DNA of 64,000 bases, taken from NCBI GenBank assembly GCA_039030515.1, contig JBCCEA010000004.1, positions 93,797 through 157,796 of the forward strand. The letters are read 5' to 3'. Below, piece by piece: positions 8,804-18,639 of the stretch; the first letter of the stretch is position 1; the number at the start of each line of letters is the position of its first letter. The stretch comes from Myxococcota bacterium. Its GTDB lineage: Bacteria > Myxococcota_A > Polyangia > Polyangiales > Houyiibacteriaceae. The notes beneath the pieces are model-generated. The model had not been told where the DNA came from, did not search any database, and saw only the letters and a list, made by a program, of their open reading frames with translations. Made by a program: the position numbers and the translations under genes.

Positions 8804-10415
8804 GCGACGCTGCTTGAAGCGAACTCGCGATCTTAATTAACTCCGCTTGCTCCTCTCGATACGCTTCGATGCACTCCCGAAAAGGATTGGCCACGTCCGG
8901 ATCAAACTGAGCTCCAGCACATCGTTTGATCTCGCTCATCGCAACCTGATGCGGCAGCGCTTTTCGATACGCTCGATCACTGGTCATCGCGTCATAGGTA
9001 TCCGCGACGGAAATAATGCGGGCGATGAGAGGCACTTCTTGCTTCTTGAGTCCCAAAGGATAGCCACGACCATCCCAGCGCTCGTGATGTAAATGGACAC
9101 CGGGAATCAAGGGATGCAGAAAGGTAATGGGCTCAAGAATATCTCGACCGTAGCCCGGGTGTTGTTTGAAAATCTCGTACTCCTCCTGGGAAAGTTTCCC
9201 TGGCTTGTTGAGATTCATCACGCAACCAATCTTACCAATGTCGTGCATCAAAGCTGCCTGACGTACGATCTCGACGGTTTCCTCAGCGAGACCGAGCTTT
9301 ATCGCAAGTATTTGCGCATATGCTGCAACTCTTTCCGAGTGACCGGAGGTGTATCGATCCATTTTATCGATCGCGCTGGCCAAGCCCCGGATGGTCTGAT
9401 GAAAGGTATCCTGCAAGTTCTGGTACAGCCGCGCGTTCTCCAGTGCCGCGGCCGCTCGATTGGCTACGATCGTAAGCAACTTGCGCTGTCCCTCGTCAAA
9501 ACGACGACCTGGCGAAAAGCTTGCGCAACATAAATACCCGAGCGTGCGCGCCCGCATGCGCAAAGGTGTCGACAGAACGGACTGCAGCTCCACTACTCCG
9601 GGCTTATCCTTAAGAAATCGCGCTCCCGCCGAACCCTGCAGCAGTAAGGTCTGCTTTTCCGCAAAATGCGTCTCGAGAGCCGAGGAATCAAAGGTGGTCG
9701 AGCCGAGGGGCACATCGAGGTCGACATGAAGTTCGCGGAGTCGTTCGAACCAACCTCCGTATCCGTCGTCCAGAAGAATCACCACTAGATCTGCAACCAC
9801 CTCATCGAACGCAGCCTCTTTGACCGTATTCAGCACCGATTCGAGCGATAGGCTCGACGCGATCGCCTCGCTGACCTTGTAGAGTGAGAGCGCTTCCTTC
9901 AGCCGCAGATTTTCCGCTTGAAGACGCTGCTTTTCGAGCCCGCGGCGAATGGTGTGTACTACCTCTTCCACCTTAAACGGCTTGAGTATGTAGTCGTAAG
10001 CTCCTCGCTTCATCGCATCGATGGCAGTCTCTACCGTTCCGAACCCGGTCATGATGACCGTCACCACCTGCGGCGCGTGTTTTTGAATCGCCCCAAGCAG
10101 TTCGAGTCCGCCCATATTGGGCATCTTTAGGTCGCTCAGAACGAGGTCGTAATGATTGCGTGAGAGCTCGAGCAGTGCAGCGCTACCGTCTTCTGCCGTG
10201 CGAACCTCAAACCCCTCGATCGATAGGAAATCGGCGAGTATTTCGCGAATGACTTTCTCGTCATCCACAACGAGAATTCTGGCGGTTTCTGCGGAAGAAT
10301 CGTGCACTAGCACATCGAACGTCCGGTACTCAGGGTCTGAGTAAGCAACGTCAGCGTCGTCATACTCTGCACACATGTCGAGTTCCAAACGCAGGACGAA
10401 CGCATCTTCTTCCAT
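8787..10415 (-). CDS. Response regulator REC-GAF-HD-GYP, c-di-GMP phosphodiesterase
   Basis: REC domain (ILVVDDE, SDLKMP, KPF), GAF-like middle, HDIGK and HHERWDGRGYP motifs. Confidence 0.92.
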   Translation of the reverse strand: MEEDAFVLRLELDMCAEYDDADVAYSDPEYRTFDVLVHDSSAETARILVVDDEKVIREILADFLSIEGFEVRTAEDGSAALLELSRNHYDLVLSDLKMPNMGGLELLGAIQKHAPQVVTVIMTGFGTVETAIDAMKRGAYDYILKPFKVEEVVHTIRRGLEKQRLQAENLRLKEALSLYKVSEAIASSLSLESVLNTVKEAAFDEVVADLVVILLDDGYGGWFERLRELHVDLDVPLGSTTFDSSALETHFAEKQTLLLQGSAGARFLKDKPGVVELQSVLSTPLRMRARTLGYLCCASFSPGRRFDEGQRKLLTIVANRAAAALENARLYQNLQDTFHQTIRGLASAIDKMDRYTSGHSERVAAYAQILAIKLGLAEETVEIVRQAALMHDIGKIGCVMNLNKPGKLSQEEYEIFKQHPGYGRDILEPITFLHPLIPGVHLHHERWDGRGYPLGLKKQEVPLIARIISVADTYDAMTSDRAYRKALPHQVAMSEIKRCAGAQFDPDVANPFRECIEAYREEQAELIKIASSLQAASLDIED

Positions 10416-10751
10416 CCCCGCCTAAGCTCCCAGGCAGCCATCCATATCACGCTACGTTCACCACCATCCCACATCGTTAGGGCCACCATAGTCTAAGCGC
10501 TCACCATTTCGATCGAACTCAGAAAAAAACAAAAACCGACCGAATTAAGACAAGAACGCTGGATGTATCCAGAGCAATAGAATAAGCACTGTGGCTCTTC
10601 TCCTTCTTTGCCCCTGTGTTCAGCACATGGTTCTGGATCTCTTCGAGTGAAGCGGAGCAGAACTGCGTGTTGACTGCGAGGCGTCCACTCTCTAGCCTCT
10701 TATCTTGGTGATCATTTCGCCTCTCATTTAATTGGGCTCGACGACACACCG

Positions 10752-11636
10752 GTGGACTCAGACATCAAAACCAGAGTGACGCCCCTCGAGGAGCTGAAGC
10801 TTCCCCATCGGCAGGGACAGGACTGCCTGGTGGTGATCTACTCGTCGGACGCGCGCCTGTTCGGTCGTCGCCACGTGCTCGGGGAGCAATCAGTGCATAT
10901 CGGGCGCGGAGGAGAGAACACCATTGTTTTAGAAAACGACAGCGTTTCGAGACAGCATGCTCGAGTCGATAAGCGAGGCCACCACTATTTTGTGACCGAT
11001 TTGAATTCCACCAACGGGACCTACGTAAACGACGATCTCGTCTCGGACTACCAAATGCGTCGAGGCGACCAACTCAAAATAGGGGACACGATCGTCAAGT
11101 TCCTAAGTGGTTCGGATGTCGAAGCGCAGTACCACGAAACGATCTACCGAATGACTATCGTCGACGGCCTCACCGGAGTGCACAACAAACGATATCTGAT
11201 GGACACGCTCGAACGGGAGATTCCGCGGGCGCGACGTCACGAAAGGCCTCTTTCCCTGGCGATGTTTGATATCGACCACTTCAAAAACATCAACGATACG
11301 TTTGGCCATCTGGCTGGAGATCACGTTCTCAAGGAACTGGCAAAACTTGTCCGACAACGACTTCGACCAGACGATGTACTGGGCCGCTACGGCGGGGAAG
11401 AGTTCGCCATCGTGCTACCCGAGACAAACCGATCTGGAGCGGCCAAAATCGCTGAGGAACTACGAGAGCAAATCGGCAATCACGACTTCACGTTCGAGGA
11501 AGAGCAGATTCGGGTGACCGTTTCCTGGGGAATTGCACAGCTTCAGGAAGGCTACGACATGATGCAGTTTGTAAAGGCAGCCGACGAGAAGCTCTATGCC
11601 GCAAAACGTGGCGGCCGAAATAGAGTCGATATCTAA
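10752..11636 (+). CDS. FHA-domain diguanylate cyclase
   Basis: FHA motifs IGR, VSRQHA, STNGT; GGDEF domain with DGLTG, DIDHFK, RPDD I-site and GGEEF. Confidence 0.93.
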   Translation: MDSDIKTRVTPLEELKLPHRQGQDCLVVIYSSDARLFGRRHVLGEQSVHIGRGGENTIVLENDSVSRQHARVDKRGHHYFVTDLNSTNGTYVNDDLVSDYQMRRGDQLKIGDTIVKFLSGSDVEAQYHETIYRMTIVDGLTGVHNKRYLMDTLEREIPRARRHERPLSLAMFDIDHFKNINDTFGHLAGDHVLKELAKLVRQRLRPDDVLGRYGGEEFAIVLPETNRSGAAKIAEELREQIGNHDFTFEEEQIRVTVSWGIAQLQEGYDMMQFVKAADEKLYAAKRGGRNRVDI

Positions 11637-11692
11637 AAGGCATGTCCAGTCCGTGCCTGGCCGGTGCGACTTCAAAAGGCTAGATTCGGCCG

Positions 11693-13423
11693 ATGCCGCG
11701 GTACTCTTGGAGATGGGGCTGCATGGACATCGTTTGGGCGCTTTGCGTGTTGGCAGGCGCCCTTAGTTCGTCTCAGGCGATGATCTCGTCCCAGGCGACG
11801 GCTCAGGACCCCTCCCCACGGGAAGAGAAGATCGCTGCCGTCGACTTGGAACTCTTCGGCGTCAGCGATCCGAACGAAGAGTCTCGCGAACGCGTGGTCG
11901 ACGAGATTCCCGCAGCGCTCACGAGTGAGGTGTCCCCTCCGCCAAGGCGGGCTTCGTTTGGGAATCGGGATCTATCCTGGCTTCAGAATCTGGAGATGCC
12001 GGACATTCCCATCCGCTGGGACGAGCGCGTAGTCCGCTACCTAGAGTTTTTTCGGGACGATCCTCGCGGCCACAGCTTCATACGAGCTTGGATGCAGCGC
12101 AAGGTTCGCTACGGCTCCATGATCCGAAAGGTGCTGCGAGAGCTAGAGCTGCCGGAAGATCTTCTCTACGTGGCTATGGTGGAGAGCGGATTCGATCCGA
12201 CCGCACAAAGCAGCGCGGGCGCAGCCGGCATGTGGCAGTTTATCGAGTCGACGGGCGCAGAGTATGGTCTGACGCGAGACCATTGGATCGATGAAAGGCT
12301 CGATCCTCTGAAGGCCACCCGATCCGGAGCCCGTTACCTCACAATGCTGGAACAGAGATTCGGCAGCTGGGAGCTTGCGTTCGCGGCGTACAATATGGGA
12401 TTTGGCGCACTCCTTCGCTCCATTCGGAAATACAACACCAACGACTACTGGCTGCTCAGCCGCATCGAAGCAGGTCTGCCGTTTGAGACCTCGGTATACG
12501 TGGCCCGAATCATGGCCTGCGCGATTGTGGGGCGGAACCTGCACCGCTTTGGGCTTGAGGACCTCCCCGCAGAACAACCCGCGGGATGGACCTACATCGA
12601 TGTGCCGGGAGGTATCAGTCTTCGCAGACTGGCCCGAACAGCGGAACTCGAACCGGACGTTCTCAATGCGTTAAACCCGGAGCTTCGAAGACAGCAAACA
12701 CCGAGAAATCACGATCGATATCGACTACGCATTCCGCTTGAAGCAAGGGATCGATTTGTCGTCCGTTGGAATCGGCAGCCACGCCAGCAGTCGACACGCA
12801 GCTACCAAGTTCGATTTGGCGAAAGACTAAGCCATATCGCCACCCGGTTTCGCACCACGGCGCGTTCTCTGCGTCAATTGAACGAACTCGAGGACGATCA
12901 AGACGTGGGCGTTGGCACGGTATTGCTCGTCCCAGCGGTGGACCCGTCCGAACTCCCTGGTGAAGTTCCAAATGTTGCAGTCCCCGAAACCCGATTCAGC
13001 TACCCAGAGCGAACGCGGATATTTTATCGCATCGCAGCGGGGGATACTTTATCGGAAATCGCAGGGTTCTTCCGAGTCAGCATCGACGATCTCCGAAGAT
13101 GGAACCACGTGTCCCAAGAAGCGCATCTTCAAAAAGGCATGATCATGCAGCTCTTCGTGTCTCGAGATGTAGACCTAACTCAAGCTCTGGTGCTCACCGA
13201 TGATGAGGTCACCACGATGGTACTGGGAAGCGAGGAATTCTTTAATTTTCACGAGCAGAGACAGGGCCGAACACGGATTCGGTACACGGTCCGCGCCGGG
13301 GATACCCTGAGTGAGATCGCGGAGCGGTTCGGGATCGACCTGAGGTCACTGACCCGCATCAATCGAATTTCCCACGCGGATTCACTGCAGATAGGTCAGG
13401 AACTCATCGTATACGTGAAGTAA
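11693..13423 (+). CDS. Lytic murein transglycosylase D-like protein with LysM domains
   Basis: SLT motifs VESGF, AAGMWQF, DERLDP, AAYNMG; several LysM repeats (GDTLSEIA). Confidence 0.9.
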   Translation: MPRYSWRWGCMDIVWALCVLAGALSSSQAMISSQATAQDPSPREEKIAAVDLELFGVSDPNEESRERVVDEIPAALTSEVSPPPRRASFGNRDLSWLQNLEMPDIPIRWDERVVRYLEFFRDDPRGHSFIRAWMQRKVRYGSMIRKVLRELELPEDLLYVAMVESGFDPTAQSSAGAAGMWQFIESTGAEYGLTRDHWIDERLDPLKATRSGARYLTMLEQRFGSWELAFAAYNMGFGALLRSIRKYNTNDYWLLSRIEAGLPFETSVYVARIMACAIVGRNLHRFGLEDLPAEQPAGWTYIDVPGGISLRRLARTAELEPDVLNALNPELRRQQTPRNHDRYRLRIPLEARDRFVVRWNRQPRQQSTRSYQVRFGERLSHIATRFRTTARSLRQLNELEDDQDVGVGTVLLVPAVDPSELPGEVPNVAVPETRFSYPERTRIFYRIAAGDTLSEIAGFFRVSIDDLRRWNHVSQEAHLQKGMIMQLFVSRDVDLTQALVLTDDEVTTMVLGSEEFFNFHEQRQGRTRIRYTVRAGDTLSEIAERFGIDLRSLTRINRISHADSLQIGQELIVYVK

Positions 13424-13493
13424 TCAGCTCGGTTCGCGTCAGAGCTCGGCAAATTCTAGCGCGACGCAGGCTGGTTTGATCGCGAAAGCGAGA

Positions 13494-14819
13494 TCAAAGG
13501 CTTTGAGGACTGCAGCGTAGCCAGGTGGACGCACACTGCAGGGAGGCTGCGCTGAGAAGCGTTGCGGAGGATCCGGCGCCTGACTGCCGCGCTCCCCAGG
13601 TGAGTAGAATGTCCCCAGTGGACGAGGCGACACCCAAACCGATCGCACCGTTTGAAAAGTTCGCGGCGGCCACCTCATAATTCTCGACCACTTCACCGGT
13701 ACTGCCGTGGACGAAGTCCAGTGCGATATGCTCATCGCCCTCATTATCGGCCCGGTACGCTACTGCGAGACCACCCTGATATGCGATCGCCCTAGGAAGC
13801 CGTGCCTCCACCGGGAACACGGAGAGTGTGCGCTCGGCTCTGCGCACGGTGCCGTCTAGCTCCAGCAAAATACCCCGCATGACGTTGCGACCACCAGCCT
13901 CGGCGGAAAAGGCGACGATCCCAGCTTGATCATCAAAGGCCATCGAAACTTCGTCGAGCGCGTTGCTTTCGGCATTCACCACCAAAGGCGTGCTCGTGGG
14001 CGCTGCGGTCTCGGGACTCAAACGAACCACGAATACATCGCCGTTCTGTACGTATGCAGCCATCGGAGTGCTGCTGGTCCCGAGGAACAGTCTGGGAATG
14101 CGCTCCAACTCATAGCTTGCGATGTCCTGGGCGGGTCCTAAATTGCTTCCGTCGAACGTACGGGTTTGCAACATCCAGTTGGGACCGATGCGGATCGAAT
14201 ACCCGATAACCCAAGCGCCCTCGACTCCGGCGATCGAAGGATGGCGTGCGTCAAACTCCACGGCGGTCACGTCGAATTCCGAAGAGCCTTCGATAAGACG
14301 CACTCGGATCTGGTAGCGCGCGCGCTGTCCACCATCATCTTCCCATGCCACCAAACCTGCCGATGCAAAGGGATTGCTCGCGGAGGCAGTGTCGTTTGTA
14401 AGCTTGGTTTGAGCGAATTCGATAGAGCCTGGGGCCACCGAAGCACGATAGAGGTCCTCAAACGTTCCGTCCGACTGGTTCCATAAGGCAAAAAACGCGT
14501 CGCCCGACGCGTCTACCGACATGTGACGAATACCGGGAAGTGAGTCCGATGAAAGCTCGAAAGGATTGATGGAGCACCGCTCATCGTCCGGCACCGTTGT
14601 CGCATCTGAAGCGTCGGTGGCGACCGAAGCGTCTGACTCGTTCGGAACCCCTGAATCTGCACGGCTACTGTCCTGACCTCCCAAGGCAGCATCGCCTGCA
14701 CTCCCGAATCCAGGCGGACCATTCGTCCCCGAGCAAGCGGCAAGCCACATACCGAGCCATATCGGCAACCGACTCAAGTTCTGCAAGCAACAGCGGAAGC
14801 GGACAAACAACAGCATCAC
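13494..14819 (-). CDS. Putative lipoprotein, beta-rich (propeller-like)
   Basis: 441-aa ORF; lipobox LAAC, then a D/A/S/G low-complexity linker and a beta-strand-rich body; abuts the upstream gene. Confidence 0.6.
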   Translation of the reverse strand: MMLLFVRFRCCLQNLSRLPIWLGMWLAACSGTNGPPGFGSAGDAALGGQDSSRADSGVPNESDASVATDASDATTVPDDERCSINPFELSSDSLPGIRHMSVDASGDAFFALWNQSDGTFEDLYRASVAPGSIEFAQTKLTNDTASASNPFASAGLVAWEDDGGQRARYQIRVRLIEGSSEFDVTAVEFDARHPSIAGVEGAWVIGYSIRIGPNWMLQTRTFDGSNLGPAQDIASYELERIPRLFLGTSSTPMAAYVQNGDVFVVRLSPETAAPTSTPLVVNAESNALDEVSMAFDDQAGIVAFSAEAGGRNVMRGILLELDGTVRRAERTLSVFPVEARLPRAIAYQGGLAVAYRADNEGDEHIALDFVHGSTGEVVENYEVAAANFSNGAIGLGVASSTGDILLTWGARQSGAGSSATLLSAASLQCASTWLRCSPQSL

Positions 14820-14820
14820 C

Positions 14821-15906
14821 TCAATCTCTCACCGGGGGAGTTTGAATACACGTGGTGGGACCACCACCCACCGGCATGGCGCACAATTGACCCGGTGGAC
14901 AATCCGACTGCGCGGCACAATCACCAATGTCGACGCATTCATCGATACCATCACCCCAAATGTCGGTGCAGATCAGACCTGCGTCACAATCCGACGTCGT
15001 AGTGCAGGGACCGTATATCTGACATTCGGTAACCGGTGAGAATGCGGTCTTTCCGCAGACCTGACCTTCCACACCGCAATCTGAGAGGAACGTGCATGCT
15101 CCCGGAAAAGAGCACTCAGAGGAACCGTCGCTATTGACGTCCACGCACGCGGATACTCCAAAAAGCGAAATGCAGGCATCATCGTTCTCACAGGGCGTAT
15201 GTAGTCGAACGCATATCGGCGGCGAGCCCGGAAGCCGGACCGAGCTGCTCCCGCCCGAGTCTGCACAGAAAAACCCAGCGGGGCACGCATCCTCAAACGG
15301 GTCGCAGAGTACCCGACGATCGATGCAGGTTCCCTCGTCACAGGAAAATCCGAGTGGGCAGTCTCGAGAATCGTTACAGCTATCTGAATTTGAAACGCAC
15401 ACCGACTCTACGACCGAGCCTGCGAACGCGCACGAAGAGTGTTCTGAGCAGTTGGTCGAACCTCCGACCATAGCCTCGGAATCGTTACAAAGACGCCCTG
15501 AGGGCATGCAAACAAACTCATCGCAGCCCGTGTCAAGGCACTCTGTGTTGGGCGGGCAAATCAATACGTCCGTGGCGCAGTCCAACACCTCTTCATCGGT
15601 CACAAAACTACAGGGGTCCGTAATCGCGGCTGAGGCATCGCCGCCGCCGTCCAAAATCAAGCCTCCGTCATCGGGGCCGCCGTCTTGGACCGATCCGTCT
15701 AACGCAGAGCCACCGTCCATATCGAGTGAGCCATCACCAGACCCTGATCCATCTATGGGTCCCGCAGACCCGTCCGACGAAGAAGCATCGAACGCTACAC
15801 CCGAGTCACTCGATAACACCGAACCGCTGTCCTCAGAGCATGCGAGTACGGTCAAGGTGAACGCCCCTACCGAACAACAATGGAACATGAGACCAGGTCG
15901 CCTCAT
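14821..15906 (-). CDS. Cys-rich putative lipoprotein
   Basis: Lipobox VLAC, DGG/DGS linker, many C-x4/5-C-P-x-G-x-x-C repeats and D-x-D/N-x-D-G loops. Confidence 0.65.
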   Translation of the reverse strand: MRRPGLMFHCCSVGAFTLTVLACSEDSGSVLSSDSGVAFDASSSDGSAGPIDGSGSGDGSLDMDGGSALDGSVQDGGPDDGGLILDGGGDASAAITDPCSFVTDEEVLDCATDVLICPPNTECLDTGCDEFVCMPSGRLCNDSEAMVGGSTNCSEHSSCAFAGSVVESVCVSNSDSCNDSRDCPLGFSCDEGTCIDRRVLCDPFEDACPAGFFCADSGGSSSVRLPGSPPICVRLHTPCENDDACISLFGVSACVDVNSDGSSECSFPGACTFLSDCGVEGQVCGKTAFSPVTECQIYGPCTTTSDCDAGLICTDIWGDGIDECVDIGDCAAQSDCPPGQLCAMPVGGGPTTCIQTPPVRD

Positions 15907-15922
15907 ATCTTTCCCCCCTTGA

Positions 15923-15966
15923 CGCTATTCACGGTCCACACATTCGCTATTCGCTATCGACACACT
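15923..15966. repeat. 22-bp diverged tandem echo of the gene 3' end
   Basis: cgctattcacggtccacacatt and cgctattcgctatcgacacact (17/22). On the minus strand the copy reads CVDRE* and the gene end reads CVDSE*. Confidence 0.7.
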
Positions 15967-18484
15967 GATACTCTAGCGAGTAGGTCCTCAGTATGGGCGT
16001 GGAAGTTTGATCGCTCGAGGCGCGAAATTTACTCGTCACGCGTAAAAATGGTAGGAAGTTGCTCTCTCCATCATCGACAAGAAGCTGACCGACATCGATC
16101 GGAGAAGTACCGGAAGGCACGATGACCGACACTGGGTTTGCAGAACCAAGCTCCGCTTGGGTGTTCGCCGTCCGGAACTCGAACTCGAGCTCGGAGTCGG
16201 AGGGAGTGGAAACGTCGAACACCCAATCCTTCCAGTCAGGGCGCTGAGGCGGGATCGCGCAGGTGTCGCTCGCGTCAAAGTCACGCAGGTAAAACCCTTC
16301 CACTTCGTAGGTGGTGCTGGTCGGGGGAACCACGATACGGACTGGCAAAATATCTTGTACAGAGCCGTCCAGCAGTACTTCGATGGTGAAGTCAAAAACT
16401 TGCTCCGTAGGGGTTGCGGGCGCGACATCGTTGAAGAAGTTGACCTCAAAGTTCAGGGTGGTCCCTGGTAGACATCGATCGAACATCGAGCCGTCCGCGG
16501 AAATCCCGTCGCAGCGACCTGGAGGAAAGGACTCGGCAATGACCGAGTCGACAAGGGTGGTCTCATCAAAAGAAGTCGTGGCGGGATTGTCGACAGCTCG
16601 GACTGAAATATCGAACCGGGTCGCGTTGGCCAAATCATCGATCGCATCGACCACCGCGGAGTCGAGCCCGGTGCCGTCCCAGGCGATATTGAACACGAAG
16701 GGATTGCCCGAGCCATCGACCGAACTGCTCAGATTGGCCAAGGCAACTGCGTCGTTGTAGGGAGTGCCCGTGCCACCCGAGTTGACGGTGATGACCCGAG
16801 TCTCTCGAGCGGTGAGTTCGGTCTGCAGCTCTGACCACGAGACGGGAAACGGTGGCGGGGCCACGGCAGGAGGCGTCCCAAACCGTAGAGTGTGCACGCC
16901 TGAGACGATGGTGCCGTCGTAGCCGTAGTTGTCTATCAAAAGAAAATAGTTGCCGGCGTTCAGGAAGATGTCGTACGGCCACCAGGTCGTGATGCAGCCG
17001 AGCACCAGATTCTGACTCGCATCGTAGATGGCACCACGGAAGGACCAAAGGGACGAAATCGGATACAGACGATAGGTTTTGTTTTCAGAAACCGAAAACT
17101 GCACCATCGAATCAGGTCCTTCTTCCCCAAACCAGCAGCTGCCGTTGAGATCCGCGCCCATCGGGGTCGTGTCGCTAATGATGTCCACCCAGTCAGTCGT
17201 GACATCCCCGATGTCATGGGCGTTCGCGAAGTCTTCCGCTGATGGGGGCACATTCACCGTACGAAGCGCCGGAGGGGGGGTTGGGGTAAAGTCGCTGACG
17301 AGGTAGTCATAGGCGGCGAACGAGCCGTTGTGCATCGGCGCATCGGTGAAATGCAGCAAGATGGGGATCGTATCTGCACGAAAGCATGGATAACCCCAAC
17401 GGTCGGCATCCGGACAGACCCCGCGCGGGCTCAGGTAGCTACCGAACCCGTCTCCGGTCACTGCAGCGTACATGGCCTGAGTCTGACCCTCAGGCCAATC
17501 CGAGCCGCCGGACGCAAAAAGGGAGTTCACCCCAGTCTGTACGGAGACGAAGTCATCGGTGATGTCGACGACGTGCGCGAACACAACGTCGGATCCCCCA
17601 CCGTAAGAACTCACTGGAAAATCGTCGTATCTACCGAGACCGACCCACGCGTTAGGGATGGTGCATTGAATCGCGCCGACAAGCCCTCCGGTGCAGCCCG
17701 TGATGAACTGACCGGTCGTGAGGGCCGTCTGCAGGTTGGCTATCTCGCCGTCCATCGACCCGGTGCTGTCCATCAGGATGTACACATCGGCAGTCGTCAC
17801 GAAAGCGTCGAAGGTAAACGTGTCGATCTCCGTGTCACCAAAAGGAAGGACATGGAAGAATCCCGTTGTGCTCCCTCGGCCTACTCGGGTCGGGTCGTTC
17901 GGAAACTCGTCAGCGATGTCTGCGACACCGTCTCCGTCGACATCTGACATGCCCGTCACAGACGGCGGGACGACAGCAGCACCTACGGCCCGAAGACCGA
18001 TCCCTCCGGAACCGGAGTGGAACACGACGTCTTCGGAGTTGCCCAAAGTCAGATCCCCATCGTTGGGCTCTCCTCGAGCCACACTGCACGTAGGTTCACA
18101 GTCTGCACAGCTTTCCGCAGGTTGCTCGAGAGCCGAGCGAAGCACTCCTGGCTCGTCTCGACCGTCCCGGCAGGAGCTCCAAATGCCTGCTTCGCATACC
18201 CGCACGCCGAAGCTGCATTGGCCCTCAACCCTCGTGCCGCATCGAACCGGCGGAGTGTCCTCGAAACACGGGCAGCCCGTATCGGGTCGGGCGCAATCGC
18301 CCATCTGCAGCGCAGCAACGTGTTCGGGCTGGTCGGATGAGGTTTGCTCAGCGGACCGACAAGCCGAGATGGAGCCGAGAAGGCAGAAGAGAACACCAAA
18401 ACGCTTTATGACTAAGCCAAACACCAAGCGCTCATCACCGATGCGGCCCAGCGAAAAGCCGAATCTAAATCGACGTCCCATCAT
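15947..18484 (-). CDS. Secreted/lipo- vWA-domain protein with Cys-rich N-terminus and TSP3-like Ca-binding motif (adhesin-like)
   Basis: Lipobox-like ISAC; DVYILMDSTGSM (MIDAS-like), GGSDWPE, HFTDAP; DVDGDGVADIADEFPND. Confidence 0.7.
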   Translation of the reverse strand: MMGRRFRFGFSLGRIGDERLVFGLVIKRFGVLFCLLGSISACRSAEQTSSDQPEHVAALQMGDCARPDTGCPCFEDTPPVRCGTRVEGQCSFGVRVCEAGIWSSCRDGRDEPGVLRSALEQPAESCADCEPTCSVARGEPNDGDLTLGNSEDVVFHSGSGGIGLRAVGAAVVPPSVTGMSDVDGDGVADIADEFPNDPTRVGRGSTTGFFHVLPFGDTEIDTFTFDAFVTTADVYILMDSTGSMDGEIANLQTALTTGQFITGCTGGLVGAIQCTIPNAWVGLGRYDDFPVSSYGGGSDVVFAHVVDITDDFVSVQTGVNSLFASGGSDWPEGQTQAMYAAVTGDGFGSYLSPRGVCPDADRWGYPCFRADTIPILLHFTDAPMHNGSFAAYDYLVSDFTPTPPPALRTVNVPPSAEDFANAHDIGDVTTDWVDIISDTTPMGADLNGSCWFGEEGPDSMVQFSVSENKTYRLYPISSLWSFRGAIYDASQNLVLGCITTWWPYDIFLNAGNYFLLIDNYGYDGTIVSGVHTLRFGTPPAVAPPPFPVSWSELQTELTARETRVITVNSGGTGTPYNDAVALANLSSSVDGSGNPFVFNIAWDGTGLDSAVVDAIDDLANATRFDISVRAVDNPATTSFDETTLVDSVIAESFPPGRCDGISADGSMFDRCLPGTTLNFEVNFFNDVAPATPTEQVFDFTIEVLLDGSVQDILPVRIVVPPTSTTYEVEGFYLRDFDASDTCAIPPQRPDWKDWVFDVSTPSDSELEFEFRTANTQAELGSANPVSVIVPSGTSPIDVGQLLVDDGESNFLPFLRVTSKFRASSDQTSTPILRTYSLEYQCVDSE

Positions 18485-18511
18485 ACCAACCCCATCATAG
18501 CAGCAACCTGA

Positions 18512-18527
18512 TTGTATAATTACACAA
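18512..18527. promoter_or_regulatory. AT-rich near-palindrome, candidate operator overlapping a -10-like TACAAT of the vWA gene
   Basis: ttgtataattacacaa is 14/16 self-complementary and lies about 28 bp upstream of the 18484 start, in a GC-rich background. Confidence 0.4.
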
Positions 18528-18639
18528 ATCCTCGCTTGTCACACGTCGTTCTCGAAAAGTTGGCAGCACATCGTGCCCCCTTCTGCGGTCGAGACACACT
18601 CGCAGCGCTCTAATATGCTGCATCGGCTGTCGAGGAAGG

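Noticed and set aside
15092..15922. 276-aa + strand ORF (and the similar 17718-18500 and 55481-56134 ORFs)
   Set aside because: Antisense shadows of Gly/Asp/Cys-rich lipoprotein genes; S/P-rich with no motifs.
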